NCBI GenBank assembly: GCA_002269645.1
Contig: NIVC01001194.1
Span: 248,001-312,000, forward strand
Direction: 5' to 3'
Origin: Macrostomum lignano
Lineage: Eukaryota
Length of the DNA stretch: 64,000 bases
Shown: piece by piece, positions 35,781 to 49,975 of the stretch
Position numbering within the stretch: the first letter of the stretch is position 1
Layout of the letters: each line of letters starts with the position of its first letter
Made by a program: the position numbers and the translations under genes
The notes under the pieces: generated by a model
The model's database searches: none
Told to the model about the DNA's origin: nothing
Seen by the model: the letters and a program-made list of their open reading frames with translations, nothing else

Positions 35781-37371
35781 AGCAACATTGAAAGTAACCT
35801 GTACTTACGAATATTTTAAGTGTCTCCAACTTTTATGGTGCAGAAATTATTCAAAGAATCGAAACTTTAACGGTTTATTTTTAAGATTAAAAAATATTTA
35901 GAGAATGATTTGTTGGAGTATTATCATACCAGTGTAACATGCAGTTACTAAGTATTTTAATTATAAACATGCAATGTTAGCCAAAATATCTTGGCAATAC
36001 CAGTATTCTTTGTTCTGACAGACTGCTGCTGGTCAAAGTCCAGTCAGTTCTATAAATGAAAAATATTTGATATAATATGCAAATAAACAAATCGGAGTTG
36101 TAGAGCATTGTTAACCGAGAGCTTCTGCAAAGGACAAAACAATCAACGCTTATTGTGAGTTGAGTGAAAAAGCATTCACAAAAAGTTGACGGAAATTATG
36201 CTTTAAAAAGTCAATATCTTCGATGCTTGGTGGTACCGCTTTAGACAGGACTATACGTAGGATAGACGGGTTTTTTTAGTAAAGAAAATTTAAGCATCGT
36301 TGTTAGAAATTGATTATTACAACAAAACATAAAGCCGGAAAAATACGTCAATAGACTTTTGTATTCGGAAACGCAAAGCATTAAAGCCAATTATGTACGG
36401 TTTTGTTTGACTGCACTAACACTTTTTCGTATTACCATCACTGGGGCACTTAGTTCCATCAATAAAACGATTTGTCAAATAAGGACGGCTCTATGCGTGT
36501 TTTTTGCAAAGCAAGTTAGAGAACAACATTTATTCTTTGCCAAGTTGCAAAAATCAGTAGAGAGTTGTTTTCAATCTGAAAGAAAAACTTTTCTCACGGA
36601 GAATTTTTCAACATACTGGAGACAGCTTTATGTAGCTAGAAGGCTTGTTGAGTACGATTATATTCACTATTACAAGAATAGGATAAATTATAATTGCTTA
36701 GACATTGTTTAGATTTTGTTTTAACTAGCTATGCTTCGATTTTTTGGTGCAGATTTAATTATAGAATAGACGAATTGACAAAAGGGACGAACTGCAGTAG
36801 CAAGAATACTCGTAGCTCGTAGGTTTGTTGGAATTTTCTAGCGTTGAGTTCTTCTCAACTGAGTTTGTCTATGGCTAAAGCCCATAATACACTACTAGCA
36901 GTACGATAATTTACGCTGATGCTTAATGCCTACAGCTCATTTCTAAGAAAATGGAGTTCACCGCGTCCTTCTACTGCAGTTGTAAATGTTGATCGAGTTT
37001 ACGTGTCTTGTTCAATATTGATTCACGGTTTTTAAAAATTAAAAAAATTATTGAAAAACGGCAAAATGTGAAATACCGTTTAAATGGATTTTGTAATTTT
37101 TTTCATTTTGCATTACGTAACAGGATTTTAACCACAGACAGGCTGCTTCGTCGTAAATTTACCCTGCTTATTTCAGAAACCTACTCAGTGGGGGCTAGAG
37201 GGCCGTCCCCTTCTAATCGCCCCTTCATCAAAAATAAAAATCGCGCTCCTCCAATAACTAAATGAAGGAGGTAACTAAGGTCAACAAATGACAGGAGTTC
37301 AACTTTTGTGTCACCTCTTGAATGCAGCACATAGCATTCACGGGCCTAGCAGACACGAGTATAGGGAAACC

Positions 37372-37650
37372 CACCAAGAGACAGGGGCGCCTACCAAGAG
37401 ACAGGGGCGCCCTCCAAGAGACAGGGGCGCCTACCAACAGACAGGGACGCTCACTAACAAACTGGGACGCCCACCAAGAGACAGGGGCGCCCTCCAAGAG
37501 ACAGGGGCGCCTACCAAGAGACAGGGGCGCCCTCCAAGAGACAGGGGCGCCTACCAAGAGACAGGGGCGCCCTCCAAGAGACAGGGGCGCCTACCAAGAG
37601 ACAGGGGCGCCCTCCAAGAGACAGGGGCGCCTACCAAGAGACAGGGGCGC
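37372..37650. repeat. 20-bp array of two alternating variants (CAAGAGACAGGGGCGCCTAC / CAAGAGACAGGGGCGCCCTC)
   Basis: Directly visible. Confidence 0.95.
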
Positions 37651-37967
37651 TCACTAACAGACCAAATATTGGTGCCCCTCATGGTTGCTGCCCTGGACAC
37701 TTAAAATTCCTGCGTAAGTCACTTGGCTTGTTTGCCTGGGTCAGGTATTATTTCAGTAACATGTTGTACTTTAACATAAAACAGGTGAGGTGACCTGTCC
37801 AGACTATAGGTGAGATTTTGTCCTATTTTTTAGTAAAAATTAATCTTACCTCCAACAATATTGACGACACATTGTAGTGAGAGATATAATATTTCTATAA
37901 TTAGACTTTTTAGAAAATACGAAAACTTCTCGCGAAAGCTACCAAAGTTTTCAGGCCAGCTTCGGTT

Positions 37968-38428
37968 TCAGAACAGGCCGCAGTCCTTCAAATTGTTCTT
38001 GATGATGATGTCAATCACCGCGTCGAACACCACCTTGATGTTGTTGGTGTCAGTGGCGCAGGTGAAGTGCGTGTAAATTGTCTTCGTGGCCTTGCGCTTG
38101 TTGAGATCTTCGAACTTCTGCCTGATGTACTGGCTGGCCTCGTCGTAGTTGTCGGAGCCCGAGTACTCCTCGAAGCAGACGGTGAGGGGGCTCTTCTTGA
38201 TTTTCTCCTCAAACAGGTCGCGCTTGTTCAAAAATAAAATTATCGACGTGTTGACGAACCACTGCGAGTTGCAGATGGACTCAAACAGACGCATGGACTC
38301 GTGCATTCGATTCGTGCTCTGATCTTCCACCAGTTTCAAATCGTACTCGGACATGGCCACGAGGAACAGGATGGCCGTGACGCCTTCAAAGCAGTGCATC
38401 CACTTCTTGCGCTCGGAGCGCTGACCGC
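37968..38428 (-). CDS. GNAI: G-protein alpha-i subunit, exon 2
   Basis: (G)[14 protein letters not shown]...FLNK...TCATDT...[10 protein letters not shown]; acceptor acaacag, phase 1. Confidence 0.97.
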
Positions 38429-41039
38429 CTGTTGTAATTGTATGTCACACCTCATCGTTACGATAAAATGATTGAAATTTAATCAGTTTGCATCGTGGAA
38501 AAGATTTACATACAAAAAAACTGTGCAGTAGATAAGATTTCATTCAACTCTTAGCCATAACTCCTCACTCTCTCCTAACCAGCCTAAGCTGGTTCATTGT
38601 GACCCGAATTGCATCGCTTGGAACATTTGAGACGCGGATCAGTGGTACATTAACTCTATGTAAAAATTGCATCACGTGACTGCTTTACAACTTCTATTAT
38701 ATATGTAACATTCCCTATCTTTGCATTGGTGTAAATTTGTGCAATAATGGCTTAACTGCATTATGCTATGAAGTGACGTTATCCAAAATTGATTTCATCT
38801 CTGAAATGAGGACTTCAATAAACTTCATAAGCCTACAATGACTCATAAAATTTCGTGCGGCTAATAAAATGATCACATATCCCATATCTTAAAAAAGTAC
38901 TCGGCGATACTAATTTTTAGGGCGTCTATATTTAGGTATATTAAGACCTTAGAGCTGCAATGCTTAGAGTCCCATGAGACCTTATATGCTGCTAACAAGC
39001 AGGTAGACAGCCCCCCCCATATGCCGGTGTCAGATCAGCTTTCTTACAACCGCCATCGCTAATTAACTGAGTCAGAGAAAAATCAGCCTCATCAGGTTTG
39101 CTCATTAACGCGAGCGCGAACACCTGCTGCAGAGAATGACTTCCCGTCTCCTGCTCTCTTTTGTCACTCCGAGGGCATCCGCTATTTTTTAGTAGCAAAC
39201 CTCCTTCATCTGCCGAGAAGCTGGACCGCTCTATAAAGCATCTCCGATTTCATGTCAACAACAATTGCCAAGTCTGAGCCTTCTGGTTTTTTCTTTTTCA
39301 CCTTTTATGGCCTTTACGAGCAACTCAACTTAGTGCAGGCTCAGCCTCCCAGATGACGCGCCCGAGCAAGAAAAGGCGCTCCATGGACAACTAGAGTAGA
39401 AGGACGTTACACTCGGCTTTCGTGGAAATCGGGCTGAAGGCCAAATTTTGTCCATGAGGCGCTCGTGCAGGGTGAGGCGCCTTTGCAGCGGAGTAGAGCC
39501 CACCAAATGCGCTGGCAATGGGACAGATATTGCGTTTCGTACCAGCCTCCAGATCATTTCTAGGAAAATCAGCTGTCCATGACCTTGGCGCCCACCCACG
39601 TGCGCTCTTCATCCTTCGTCAATAGTTGAATAATTAAGAGCAGCAATTACTATATCTCAGCGGCTCTGGAACATGGTCATGTCTCAAGCCTCTCCAAGCC
39701 AATGTTCTACAGTCACCTCGAGCATAGCTAAAGAGAAAAAAATTGACAGTGTAGCAGAAGTCACGCAATGCCGATCGCTTGAGCTGCGAGTTCCAGTCTT
39801 GCCTGGGATTGACAGCAAAAATCCCCAACCCCCCCCCCCCCGCCGCTCGACGGGAGATTAAATTTGTTCGACTGGCACGCACCGGAGATTCGGGTTGCCT
39901 CTTCTGCTCCTTTGAGGCATCGGGGCTAATTAAATTGCAGCGCTTTCTGCCCAAAATCCTCGACTCGGGACCTGCTAATTGCTAATCCACGCAGTCATTG
40001 AAAGCGATTTAATCCCCAGGACCTGCAGACTCCGTGCGAAGAAGATTTGAGCACCTGAACGGGACCCCAAGGTGGCCCCAGGTGAGACAGTCAGTCAGCA
40101 TTCGTTGCAATGGCTCAGAGCTACCCTGTCACATCGTGGCTGCCTTGAGAAGGCCTCCTCTGCTGCTCAGGAGTCTGCGCTAGTTGTGTGACGATGTCCC
40201 CAAAGGCACTGCACCTGTCGGGTGCCCACAAGAATTTCATTCTATTTTTAGAAATTCACGTTTAGAAATCTTGAAAAAAACCTTTCAGACAATTTCAACC
40301 TCCTTCCGAATTGTCGCAACTGGGTGTGGTTAAAGAAACTCTAAGATGGTGCTAAAATTTTTGCCATTTGATTGACTGCTCACTTATCGAGTGCTGCTAA
40401 CAAGTGTTGCAGCACATCAATTGACACAGGAAAGCAGCACTTCTTCAAGCATAGAGTGTGCTCTCCATGGCATCGGGCAGGTGCGAACCCTGTGGGACTC
40501 ATCTGTGATCCTTCTTCACCGTGATGGGTGTCTGTTTCCGGCAATGATCCGAGAGGAGCCTGCAGGTAAAGAATTTGATACGCCAGAAGGGAGATGAATG
40601 ATCGTGATGATGATGATGATGGCTGGAGATGGGAGACAGACTCCCGGTCCCCGGATCTTGCCGAGGGTTGTTTTTCTAGGAAAGGGAGAGAGTTGGGAAA
40701 AGGGATAGGCAGATCTCCCAGTCCGGGGCTGTTCACGAAAAGCAAACACAAGGACAGGCCATCGGGCATCAACCCCCACCCAGCTAGCTGTCGGAGTTCA
40801 TGCGATGTCGACATTCACGATTTAGATCAATCTGTAGATGATGAGATGACAGAATTAGAGGCTGCAGAAAATGTTTCATTTTTCCCCGACAATTCAGGAA
40901 ATTTTATACTCCTGTCGCCTGAGATTGCGGTGTGCGATTACAGGAATGCAGAAATATAGAGTACTCTGTGGACTTTGCTCACGTTCTTGTTCGCATCGAT
41001 TCTTAGAAAATTAGCACTTAATTGTCATGAGACTCGCTG

Positions 41040-43042
41040 GCGTGAGAATCGGTGCATGCATGAGAATCGGTATGTGGCATGAGAATCGGTTCGTGGCATG
41101 AGAATCGGTGGCATGAGAATCGGAGGCATGAGAATCGGTGATTGCATGAGAGTCGGTGATTGCATGAGAATCGGTGATTGCATGAGAATCGGTGATTGCA
41201 TGAGAATCGGTGATTGCATGAGAATCGGTGATTGCATGAGAATCGGAGGCATGAGAATCGGTGATTGCATGATAATCGGAGGCATGAGAATCGGTGATTG
41301 CATGAGAATCGGTGATTGCATGAGAATCGGTGGCATGAGAATCGGTGGCATGAGAATCGGTGGCATGAGAATCGGTGCATGCAGAGAATCGGAGGCATGA
41401 GAATCGGTGCATGCATGAGAATCGGTGCATGCATGAGAATCGGTGCATGCATGAGAATCGGTGGCATGAGAATCGGTGGCATGAGAATCGGTGGCATGAG
41501 ATGGCATGAGAATCGGTGATTGCATGAGAATCGGTGGCATGAGAATCGGTGGCATGAGATGACATGAGAATCGGTGATTGCATGAGAATCGGTGATTGCA
41601 TGAGAATCGGTGGCATGAGAATCGGTGGCATGAGAATCGGTGGCATGAGAATCGGTGGCATGAGAATCGGTGGCATGAGAATCGGTGCATGCATGAGAAT
41701 CGGTGGCATGAGAATCGGTGGCATGAGAATCGGTGCATGCATGAGAATCGGTGGCATGAGAATCGGTGGCATGAGAATCGGTGATTGCATGAGAATCGGT
41801 GGCATGAGATGGCATGAGAATCGGTGATTGCATGAGAATCGGTGGCATGAGAATCGGTGGCATGAGATGACATGAGAATCGGTGATTGCATGAGAATCGG
41901 TGATTGCATGAGAATCGGTGGCATGAGAATCGGTGGCATGAGAATCGGTGGCATGAGAATCGGTGGCATGAGAATCGGTGGCATGAGAATCGGTGCATGC
42001 ATGAGAATCGGTGGCATGAGAATCGGTGGCATGAGAATCGGTGCATGCATGAGAATCGGTGGCATGAGAATCGGTGGCATGAGAATCGGTGCATGCATGA
42101 GAATCGGAGGCATGAGAATCGGTGGCATGAGAATCGGTGGCATGAGAATCGGTGGCATGAGAATCGGTGCATGCATGAGAATCGGTGGCATGAGAATCGG
42201 TGGCATGAGAATCGGTGCATGCATGAGAATCGGTGGCATGAGAATCGGTGGCATGAGAATCGGTGCATGCATGAGAATCGGAGGCATGAGAATCGGAGGC
42301 ATGAGAATCGGAGGCATGAGAATCGGAGGCATGAGAATCGGAGGCATGAGAATCGGAGGCATGAGAATCGGAGGCATGAGAATCGGTGCATGCAGAGAAT
42401 CGGAGGCATGAGAATCGGTGCATGCATGAGAATCGGTGCATGCATGAGAATCGGTGCATGCATGAGAATCGGTGGCATGAGAATCGGTGGCATGAGATGG
42501 CATGAGAATCGGTGATTGCATGAGAATCGGTGGCATGAGAATCGGTGGCATGAGATGGCATGAGAATCGGTGATTGCATGAGAATCGGTGGCATGAGAAT
42601 CGGTGGCATGAGATGACATGAGAATCGGTGCATGCAGAGAATCGGAGGCATGAGAATCGGTGCATGCATGAGAATCGGTGCATGCATGAGAATCGGTGCA
42701 TGCATGAGAATCGGTGGCATGAGAATCGGTGGCATGAGAATCGGTGGCATGAGAATCGGTGGCATGAGATGGCATGAGAATCGGTGATTGCATGAGAATC
42801 GGTGGCATGAGAATCGGTGGCATGAGAATCGGTGCATGCATGAGAATCGGTGGCATGAGAATCGGTGGCATGAGAATCGGTGGCATGAGAATCGGTGGCA
42901 TGAGAATCGGTGGCATGAGAATCGGTGGCATGAGAATCGGAGGCATGAGAATCGGAGGCATGAGAATCGGAGGCATGAGAATCGGTGGCATGAGAATCGG
43001 AGGCATGAGAATCGGTGGCATGAGAATCGGTGGCATGAGAAT
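41040..43042. repeat. Intronic 15/18-bp tandem array (CATGAGAATCGGTGG / CATGAGAATCGGTGATTG / CATGAGAATCGGTGCATG)
   Basis: Directly visible, about 2 kb, with occasional 10-bp units. Confidence 0.98.
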
Positions 43043-43477
43043 GGAATTTAAAGGAAATATTCAGTTGTTGCTGGCAACATTCCCAAAACTGTAACAATAA
43101 AAATGATGCATATTTCTAACTGAAATTTTTAATTACCAAATTAATCAATCGAATTAGTATTCAATTACAGATCTTTTAACACAGACGGAACCAAAAAGTG
43201 TCATTGTCGGATAGAAGTACTCCTAATCAAATTTCTTTTCCCAGCGTTGGTTTGGAATTCACAGTGCAATTTTGCATAGAATATGGGAGACAAACGATCG
43301 GCCATGGCAACTCTATTGACACTGAGCAGCTTCTCCTCATGCCCTGTTGCCATGCAATGCACATCTGCATCAACCGTATTTGCACACTCATCCATTTGTG
43401 CACTCTTGACACGAAGGCGCCACTGCATGCCTGTTTTCACCGAGATTATTTGCTTATTTGTAAAGCTTGCAGATTCG

Positions 43478-44270
43478 GACATCCTGATTTGGGAGATTCT
43501 GACATCCTGATTTGGGAGATTCTGACATCCTGATTTGGGAGATTCTGACATCCTGATTTACAGGATTCTGACATCCTGATTTATAAAATTCTGACATCCT
43601 GATTTGGGAGCTTCTGACATCCTGATTTTTTGAGATTCTGACATCCTGGTTTTTTGAGAGTCTGACATCCTGATTTTTTGGAGATTCTGACATCCTGATT
43701 TGAGAGATTCTGACATTCCGATTTTGGAGATTCTGACATCCTGATTTAGGAGATTCTGACATCCTGATTTTGGATATTCTGACATCCTGATTTGGGAGAT
43801 TCTGACATCCTGATTTTGGAGATTCTGACATCCTGATTTAGGAGATTCTGACATCCTGATTTTGGAGATTCTGACATCCAGATTTTTGAGATTCTGACAT
43901 CCAGATTTTTGAGATTCTGACATCCTGATTTAGGAGATTCTGACATTCTGATTTTGGATATTCTGATATCCTGATTTAGGAGATTCTGACATCCTGATTT
44001 AGGAGATTCTGACATCCTGATTTGGGAGATTCTGATATCCTGATTTTGGATATTCTGACATCCTGATTTAGGAGATTCTGACATCCTGATTTTGGAGATT
44101 CTGACATCCTGATTTAGGAGATTCTGACATCCTGATTTAGGAGATTCTGACATCCTGATTTTTGGAAATTCTGACATCCTGATTTAGGAGATTCTGACAT
44201 CCTGATTTTAGGAGATTCTGACATCCTGATTTGGGAGATTCTGAAATCTTGATTTGGGAGATTCTGTGAT
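43478..44270. repeat. Intronic 22-23-bp tandem array (GGAGATTCTGACATCCTGATTT)
   Basis: Directly visible. Confidence 0.97.
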
Positions 44271-44401
44271 ACATTTTGTTTCTCCAATTGCCATCCTCAA
44301 TAATCCAAAGCACCCTAGCTGACATCCCCAGCTGGCACCTGCGGACATTCAGACAGATGCCGATATGAGAATAATTTATAATTTCGTCAATTTTCACTCA
44401 C

Positions 44402-45005
44402 CAACGTCAAACACTTTGAAGTCGAGATCCTTAAAGTGGAAATGCGTCTCCACGATGCCGGTGGTCTTCACTCGGCTGCGCAGGACGTCTTGCTCGGTCG
44501 GCAGGTAACCCGGGGTGGACAGCCGGTCCAAGGAGTCCAGGTAATAACCGGCCGAGTCATTCAGCTGGTATTCCTTGGCCCGGGCGAAGCAGTCCTTGAT
44601 AGCCTGGTCGGCCCACAGACGCTTCAGCGAGTCCACCAGCTCATCGGGGAACTCGCCCTCCTCGGCTGTCTTCATGTAGCCGCTCACGATCTTGGCATCG
44701 GCCTTGGCCTGATCGCCAGCCTCGATGCCGAGGGTCTCCAGAGCCTGGATAATGGTGTACATGCTCTGCACTGTGTTGGCGAAGATGATCGCCACGTACT
44801 CCTTGCGCTCCTCTTCCGTGTAGCCTTTGCCGTGAATGATGGTCATCTGCTTCAGGATTGTACTTTTGCCGCACTCGCCAGCTCCGAGCAGAAGCAGCTT
44901 CACCTCCTTCATCGCCTTCTCGGCGTCCGCTCTGAGCTGCTTCTCAATCTGACGGTTCTTACTGTCCTGATCCTTGTCCACAGGGGCACTGTTGGCGCAA
45001 CCCAT
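44402..45005 (-). CDS. GNAI: G-protein alpha-i subunit, exon 1
   Basis: MGC N-terminus (myristoyl/palmitoyl consensus), GAGECGKST P-loop, RVKTTG, DV; donor G|gtgagt at 44401, phase 1; spliced product 354 aa. Confidence 0.97.
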
Positions 45006-46615
45006 GACGTGATTTTGAGTCTTTGTTCAGCTTTGGCTAACCGTGGGACGTCTTTTCCTTCTGCCTCGTGGGAGCGACGCAGCGGGGATTAAAGCTGGAT
45101 CCAGGTGGGTGGGTGGTTGTTTGTCGCGGGAATCGCGAGTCAGCTCGGGGGTTGGCAGAAATAGAAGTTTTCACGTAGTCCCTCCTCAATTTACATAGCA
45201 GAAGCTCTGCCCACCTGCCCACCACCCCGGGATTCGCTACAGCATCCCGTATCCACCTGCCGTCAAACCCGTCTCCCTTCCTATCCAGCGGCCCAAGGCC
45301 CAGGATCACCCAGACTCTCATCCTCTGTCTTCCCCGTCCATCCCCATCCAGCCTCACAGCGAGCTCATCACGCAGTCCAGCCCAGGACAGACTCGATGCT
45401 CGCCGGGCGCTCATTGGACTCAGGCTTGGAGGCGCTGAGGATGCTAAGAGGAAGTGAAGACAGTCAGGTAGCAGAACTCTCCTGCTCGCTGCTGGAGCTG
45501 CAGGTAGCGGAGATGCACGGGGTTGGAGGGGGAGGCAAGACTGCATGCAGCAACGGCAGGATTCCGGCAAGGAAGAAGGAATGAGAGAGCTGAGAGAGCG
45601 CGTGCTCAAGTCACGTCTCGCGCATTCAAATCAAAAAGGTCATCACCGATAGCTCTGGCCTCTTCGTTCCGGATCTTCGTTGCTTTTCCAGCGCCCTTAG
45701 GACAATTTTGTGACATTGTTAACTGTTGAGTCCCAACCCCCCTTGCAGTCCCGCCCCTCCACCCAAGTCAATCAGCTTCCTTCTCAATATTGCATTCCCC
45801 ATTCCTGCCTGGCTAAAACATTCCCCTCAATCGGTGCGATGGCCAGAGCCCCTTCCACACTCGATTGTTCGTCAGCTGCTTCGACCACGCTTTGACTCTT
45901 GACGACAGGGTGGAGCTGGGACGAGATTCGTTGAGAATAATATGTAGTGAGACGAGGGACTCACTAGTCTGAGCTACAGGGGGAGGGGGGTTCTGAGGGA
46001 GGGTGGGCGCGGCGCCGGTTGTCATGGCGACCAGATCCTCAACAGGGGTAAATAGGGCGATCACGGGCTAGAAGAGATGGGAGAGAGAGGGGGGAGGCGA
46101 GGCCCGGGGCGGGTACGAAGTGAGTTTAAAGACTCAGAGAGCGGAGAGCAAACGCTGAGGCGGGTGCAGGTGAGGGGTGTGGGAACCAGTCAGGCCGCAG
46201 AATCTCCTGGATCAGGTGAACGGTGAGGCAGAAAGGCGCAGCCGAGCCAAAAAAGGGCGGGCGGGGCGCCGAGGCGGAGCTGAAGATGGACTCAAAGCGG
46301 GGCAGGGATGGGGGGGGGGCAGTTCGGAGACTGCGCGAGTTGCTCGGCTTCCCCAATCTGCAACTCAGCAGCCAACTCAGCTTCATCAGCCGTTCAATCT
46401 CCGGCAAGCATCTATAGCTCCAAGCAAATTCCTCTTGTCCGACTCGGTATTAATAATAAATATAAATTCACACAAAATCTTCAAGTCTCCAAGCAGATTT
46501 TGCATGTCGCTTAGGCTTATCGCGATTCTTTAGCATAGCCTTCTTTATCGGTAGACCCGTAGAGCAACCCGCCAGGCATTGGCGAGATCGGAAGTCTTCA
46601 GTTTTTAGCACTAGA

Positions 46616-46790
46616 GGGGTTGTAGCCTAGTGGTTAGAGCGTCGGACATACTTACGACTTGAAGGTCGGAGGCTCGATTCTCGACCCACTGATCGGAACT
46701 ATTTGTGTCCTTTGAGCAAGACACTTGACTGTACATTACTACAGTTTACTCGGTTGTAAAATGGGTGCCAGCATCAGCTGGGGTAATTGA
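46616..46790 (+). mobile_element. tRNA-headed CORE-type SINE (3' end undefined, possibly to ~46930)
   Basis: A box TAGCCTAGTGG and B-box-like GGCTCGATTC, then TGTGTCCTTTGAGCAAGACACTT...CAGTTTACTC..TGTAAAATGGG, which aligns with the MIR CORE pattern TGTGACCTTGGGCAAGTCACTT...CAGTTTCCTCATCTGTAAAATGGG. Confidence 0.75.
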
Positions 46791-47229
46791 GGGGTAACTC
46801 AGTCCTTGGACTGAACAGCCGTACGCAGCCTTCAGATGCGCCGCGCAATAGCGGCGGCTGAGCTGTCGGTTGCACATCTGGCCCATTGGCTCAACTAAAT
46901 TGAACTCTGAGTCAACTAAAATCAAATTTCTGGCTGCGGGACGATCTACACAGTGTACCTACTATTAAGATACACTCTTAGTTTAGACACAGTTCGCTCG
47001 ATGTTATGACCTGAATTGAGTCAGAATGCACATATGCGCTGAATGTTTATGCAGTTTCATTCCACACCAAAAACATCGAAAAACATCGACCAAACCCCGT
47101 AGAACGCACAGATAAGCGCGAACTCCAGCTGCTGCCTGGTGGCGATGGCAGGTGCGGAGTGGCAGTTGGAAAACATGCAGTTTATTGAGAGCCTACTTGG
47201 ACTGGGGCCTAGCGACCTGTGAGGACACA

Positions 47230-48695
47230 ATTGAACTGACACTACTGAGCTGACACAATTGAACTGACACTATTGAACTGATACTACTATCAACTGACAC
47301 TATTGAACTGATACTACTATCAACTGACACTATTGAACTGATACTACTATCAACTGACACTATTGAACTGATACTATTTGACTGACACTAATGAACTGAC
47401 ACTATTTGACTGACTATTCGACTGACACTGTTTGACTGACACTGTTTGACTGACACTGTTTGACTGACACAATTGAACTGACACTATTTGACTGACACTA
47501 TTTGACTGACACTATTCGACTGACACTATTGAACTGACACTAATAAACTGTCACTATTGACTGACACTATTTGACTGACACAATTGAACTGACACTATTT
47601 GACTGACACTAATGAATAAAAACTATTTGACTGACACTAATGAACTGTCACTATTGACTGACACTATTCGACTGACACAATTGAACTGACACTATTTGAC
47701 TGACACTATTTGACTGACACTATTCGACTGACACTATTGAACTGACACTAATAAACTGTCACTATTGACTGACACTATTTGACTGACACAATTGAACTGA
47801 CACTATTTGACTGACACTAATGAATAAAAACTATTTGACTGACACTAATGAACTGTCACTATTGACTGACACTATTCGACTGACACAATTAAACTGACAC
47901 TATTTGACTGACACTAATGAATAAAAACTATTTGACTGACACTAATGAACTGTCACTATTGACTGACACTATTCGACTGACACAATTGAACTGACACTAT
48001 TTGACTGACACTAATGAATAAAAACTATTTGACTGACACTAATGAACTGTCACTATTGACTGACACTATTCGACTGACACAATTGAACTGACACTATTTG
48101 ACTGACACTAATGAATAAAAACTATTTGACTGACACTAATGAACTGTCACTATTGACTGACACTATTCGACTGACACTATTGAACTGACACTATTTGACT
48201 GACACTATTTGACTGACACTATTCGACTGACACTATTGAACTGACACTAATAAACTGTCACTATTGACTGACACTATTTGACTGACACAATTGAACTGAC
48301 ACTATTTGACTGACACTAATGAACTGTCACTATTGACTGACACTATTCGACTGACACTATTGAACTGACACTATTTGACTGACACTATTCGACTGACACT
48401 ATTGAACTGACACTAATAAACTGTCACTATTGACTGACACTATTTGACTGACACAATTGAACTGACACTATTTGACTGACACTAATGAATAAAAACTATT
48501 TGACTGACACTAATGAACTGTCACTATTGACTGACACTATTCGACTGACACTATTGAACTGACACTATTTGACTGACACTATTTGACTGACACTATTCGA
48601 CTGACACTATTGAACTGACACTATTTGACTGACACTATTTGACTGACACTATTCGACTGACACTATTGAACTGACACTATTTGACTGACACTATT
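47230..48695. repeat. 14-15-bp tandem array (ACTGACACTATTTG / ACTGACACTATTGA) with longer duplicated blocks
   Basis: Directly visible. Confidence 0.97.
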
Positions 48696-49509
48696 TAGAT
48701 GTCCCAAATGTCTACAGTGAATTTAACAATGCACCAGTGCATAGATACTTTCGCTCGCCTTCACTCTGATGTGCCTCAGTCAGTGCTGCATGAATTTCAA
48801 TTTGCATTGTTGCCTTAAATAACTAATAATGACGAACAGAAAAGGCAAACAAATGAATAAAAGCAGACTATTTTCGGATTTCCAGTTCATTCCAGTCGAA
48901 AACTGCTTTAGGCTGATTTCTATGCAGAAGTCGGTGTCGCAGACTGCTTTAATTCTGAACAAAGCAAGGCAGGTGCAAAAATTCCCAAAATTCACCAAAT
49001 AATTAGACAGGGGTTTGCGGGCATGACTTCTATCGATCCTAACACGTTGAAGTCCCCTGGAAACCGTGGAAACAATCGATAAAGTAGGGCAAGTCCCGTG
49101 CCGCACCATATTCACCTTTTCCTCGAAAAAAATCGATAAAAAACCTCACTTGCCATGTCGAGGCCACGTCTGATTGACAAATTACAAACTATAGAATCAC
49201 CAGTAAATATTTATGTACGCGTAGCAGACCACGCTGTTTGTCTACACTACATTTATAAGTGTATTTTATACATGTCGATGAGAGTTGCCAAAGGGTATCA
49301 AAAAAGCAAACAGAAGAGCATGCAGGAAGTGAATTGGCGGACAAATCAAGAAGCAATTCAGACAGAAAATTAACTTGGTTTCAAATTTAAGGAAAGACGG
49401 TTATTAATGAATATAACTCCTACAGCTGGAGTTTACGTAGGTCGCATGACGATCATCAAGGACGCGGAATTATCAGGCGAAAGAACAAATCAGCTTGATA
49501 ACCCGACCG

Positions 49510-49975
49510 TTAACCCCTCAATGTGCACTTTGACAACCCCGACCACTCTCGTCCCCGCCAACCCCTCAATGTACACTTTGACAACCCCGACCACCCTCGT
49601 CCCCGCCAACCCCTCAATGTACACTTTAACAACCCCAACCACCCTCGTCCCCGCCAACCCCTCAATGTACACTTTAACAACCCCAACCACCCTCGTCTCC
49701 GCCAACCCCTCAATGTACACTTTGACAACCCCGACCACTCTCGTCCCCGCCAACCCCTCAATGTACACTTTAACAACCCCAACCACCCTCGTCCCCGCCA
49801 ACCCCTCAATGTACACTTTAACAACCCCAACCACCCTCGTCCCCGCCAACCCCTCAATGTACACTTTAACAACCCCAACCACCCTCGTCCCCGCCAACCC
49901 CTCAATGTACACTTTAACAACCCCAACCACCCTCGTCCCCGCCAACCCCTAAACGTACACTTTGACAACCCCGAC
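49510..49975. repeat. 48-bp tandem array, about 9.5 copies
   Basis: CCCTCAATGTACACTTT(G/A)ACAACCCC(G/A)ACCACCCTCGTCCCCGCCAAC. Confidence 0.97.

Noticed and set aside
36359-36712. 117-aa ORF in AT-rich DNA; also ORFs at 48780-49373 and 2969-3211
   Set aside because: Non-ATG or weak starts, no recognisable domain, no splice partners
39000-40300. Possible decayed LINE endonuclease/RT on the minus strand inside the G-alpha-i intron
   Set aside because: Only vague motif resemblance (e.g. KKADLTPAY, GGGVGDF) among many stops; cannot support without a search
41011-43097. 608-690-aa ORFs in three minus frames and several plus-frame ORFs (MPPIL/HRFSC/TDSHA repeats)
   Set aside because: Stop-free translations of a 15/18-bp array inside the G-alpha-i intron; no splice context or domain
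46616-46690. Functional tRNA gene
   Set aside because: Stems and anticodon arm are imperfect, and the sequence runs directly into a CORE-like domain; better explained as a SINE head
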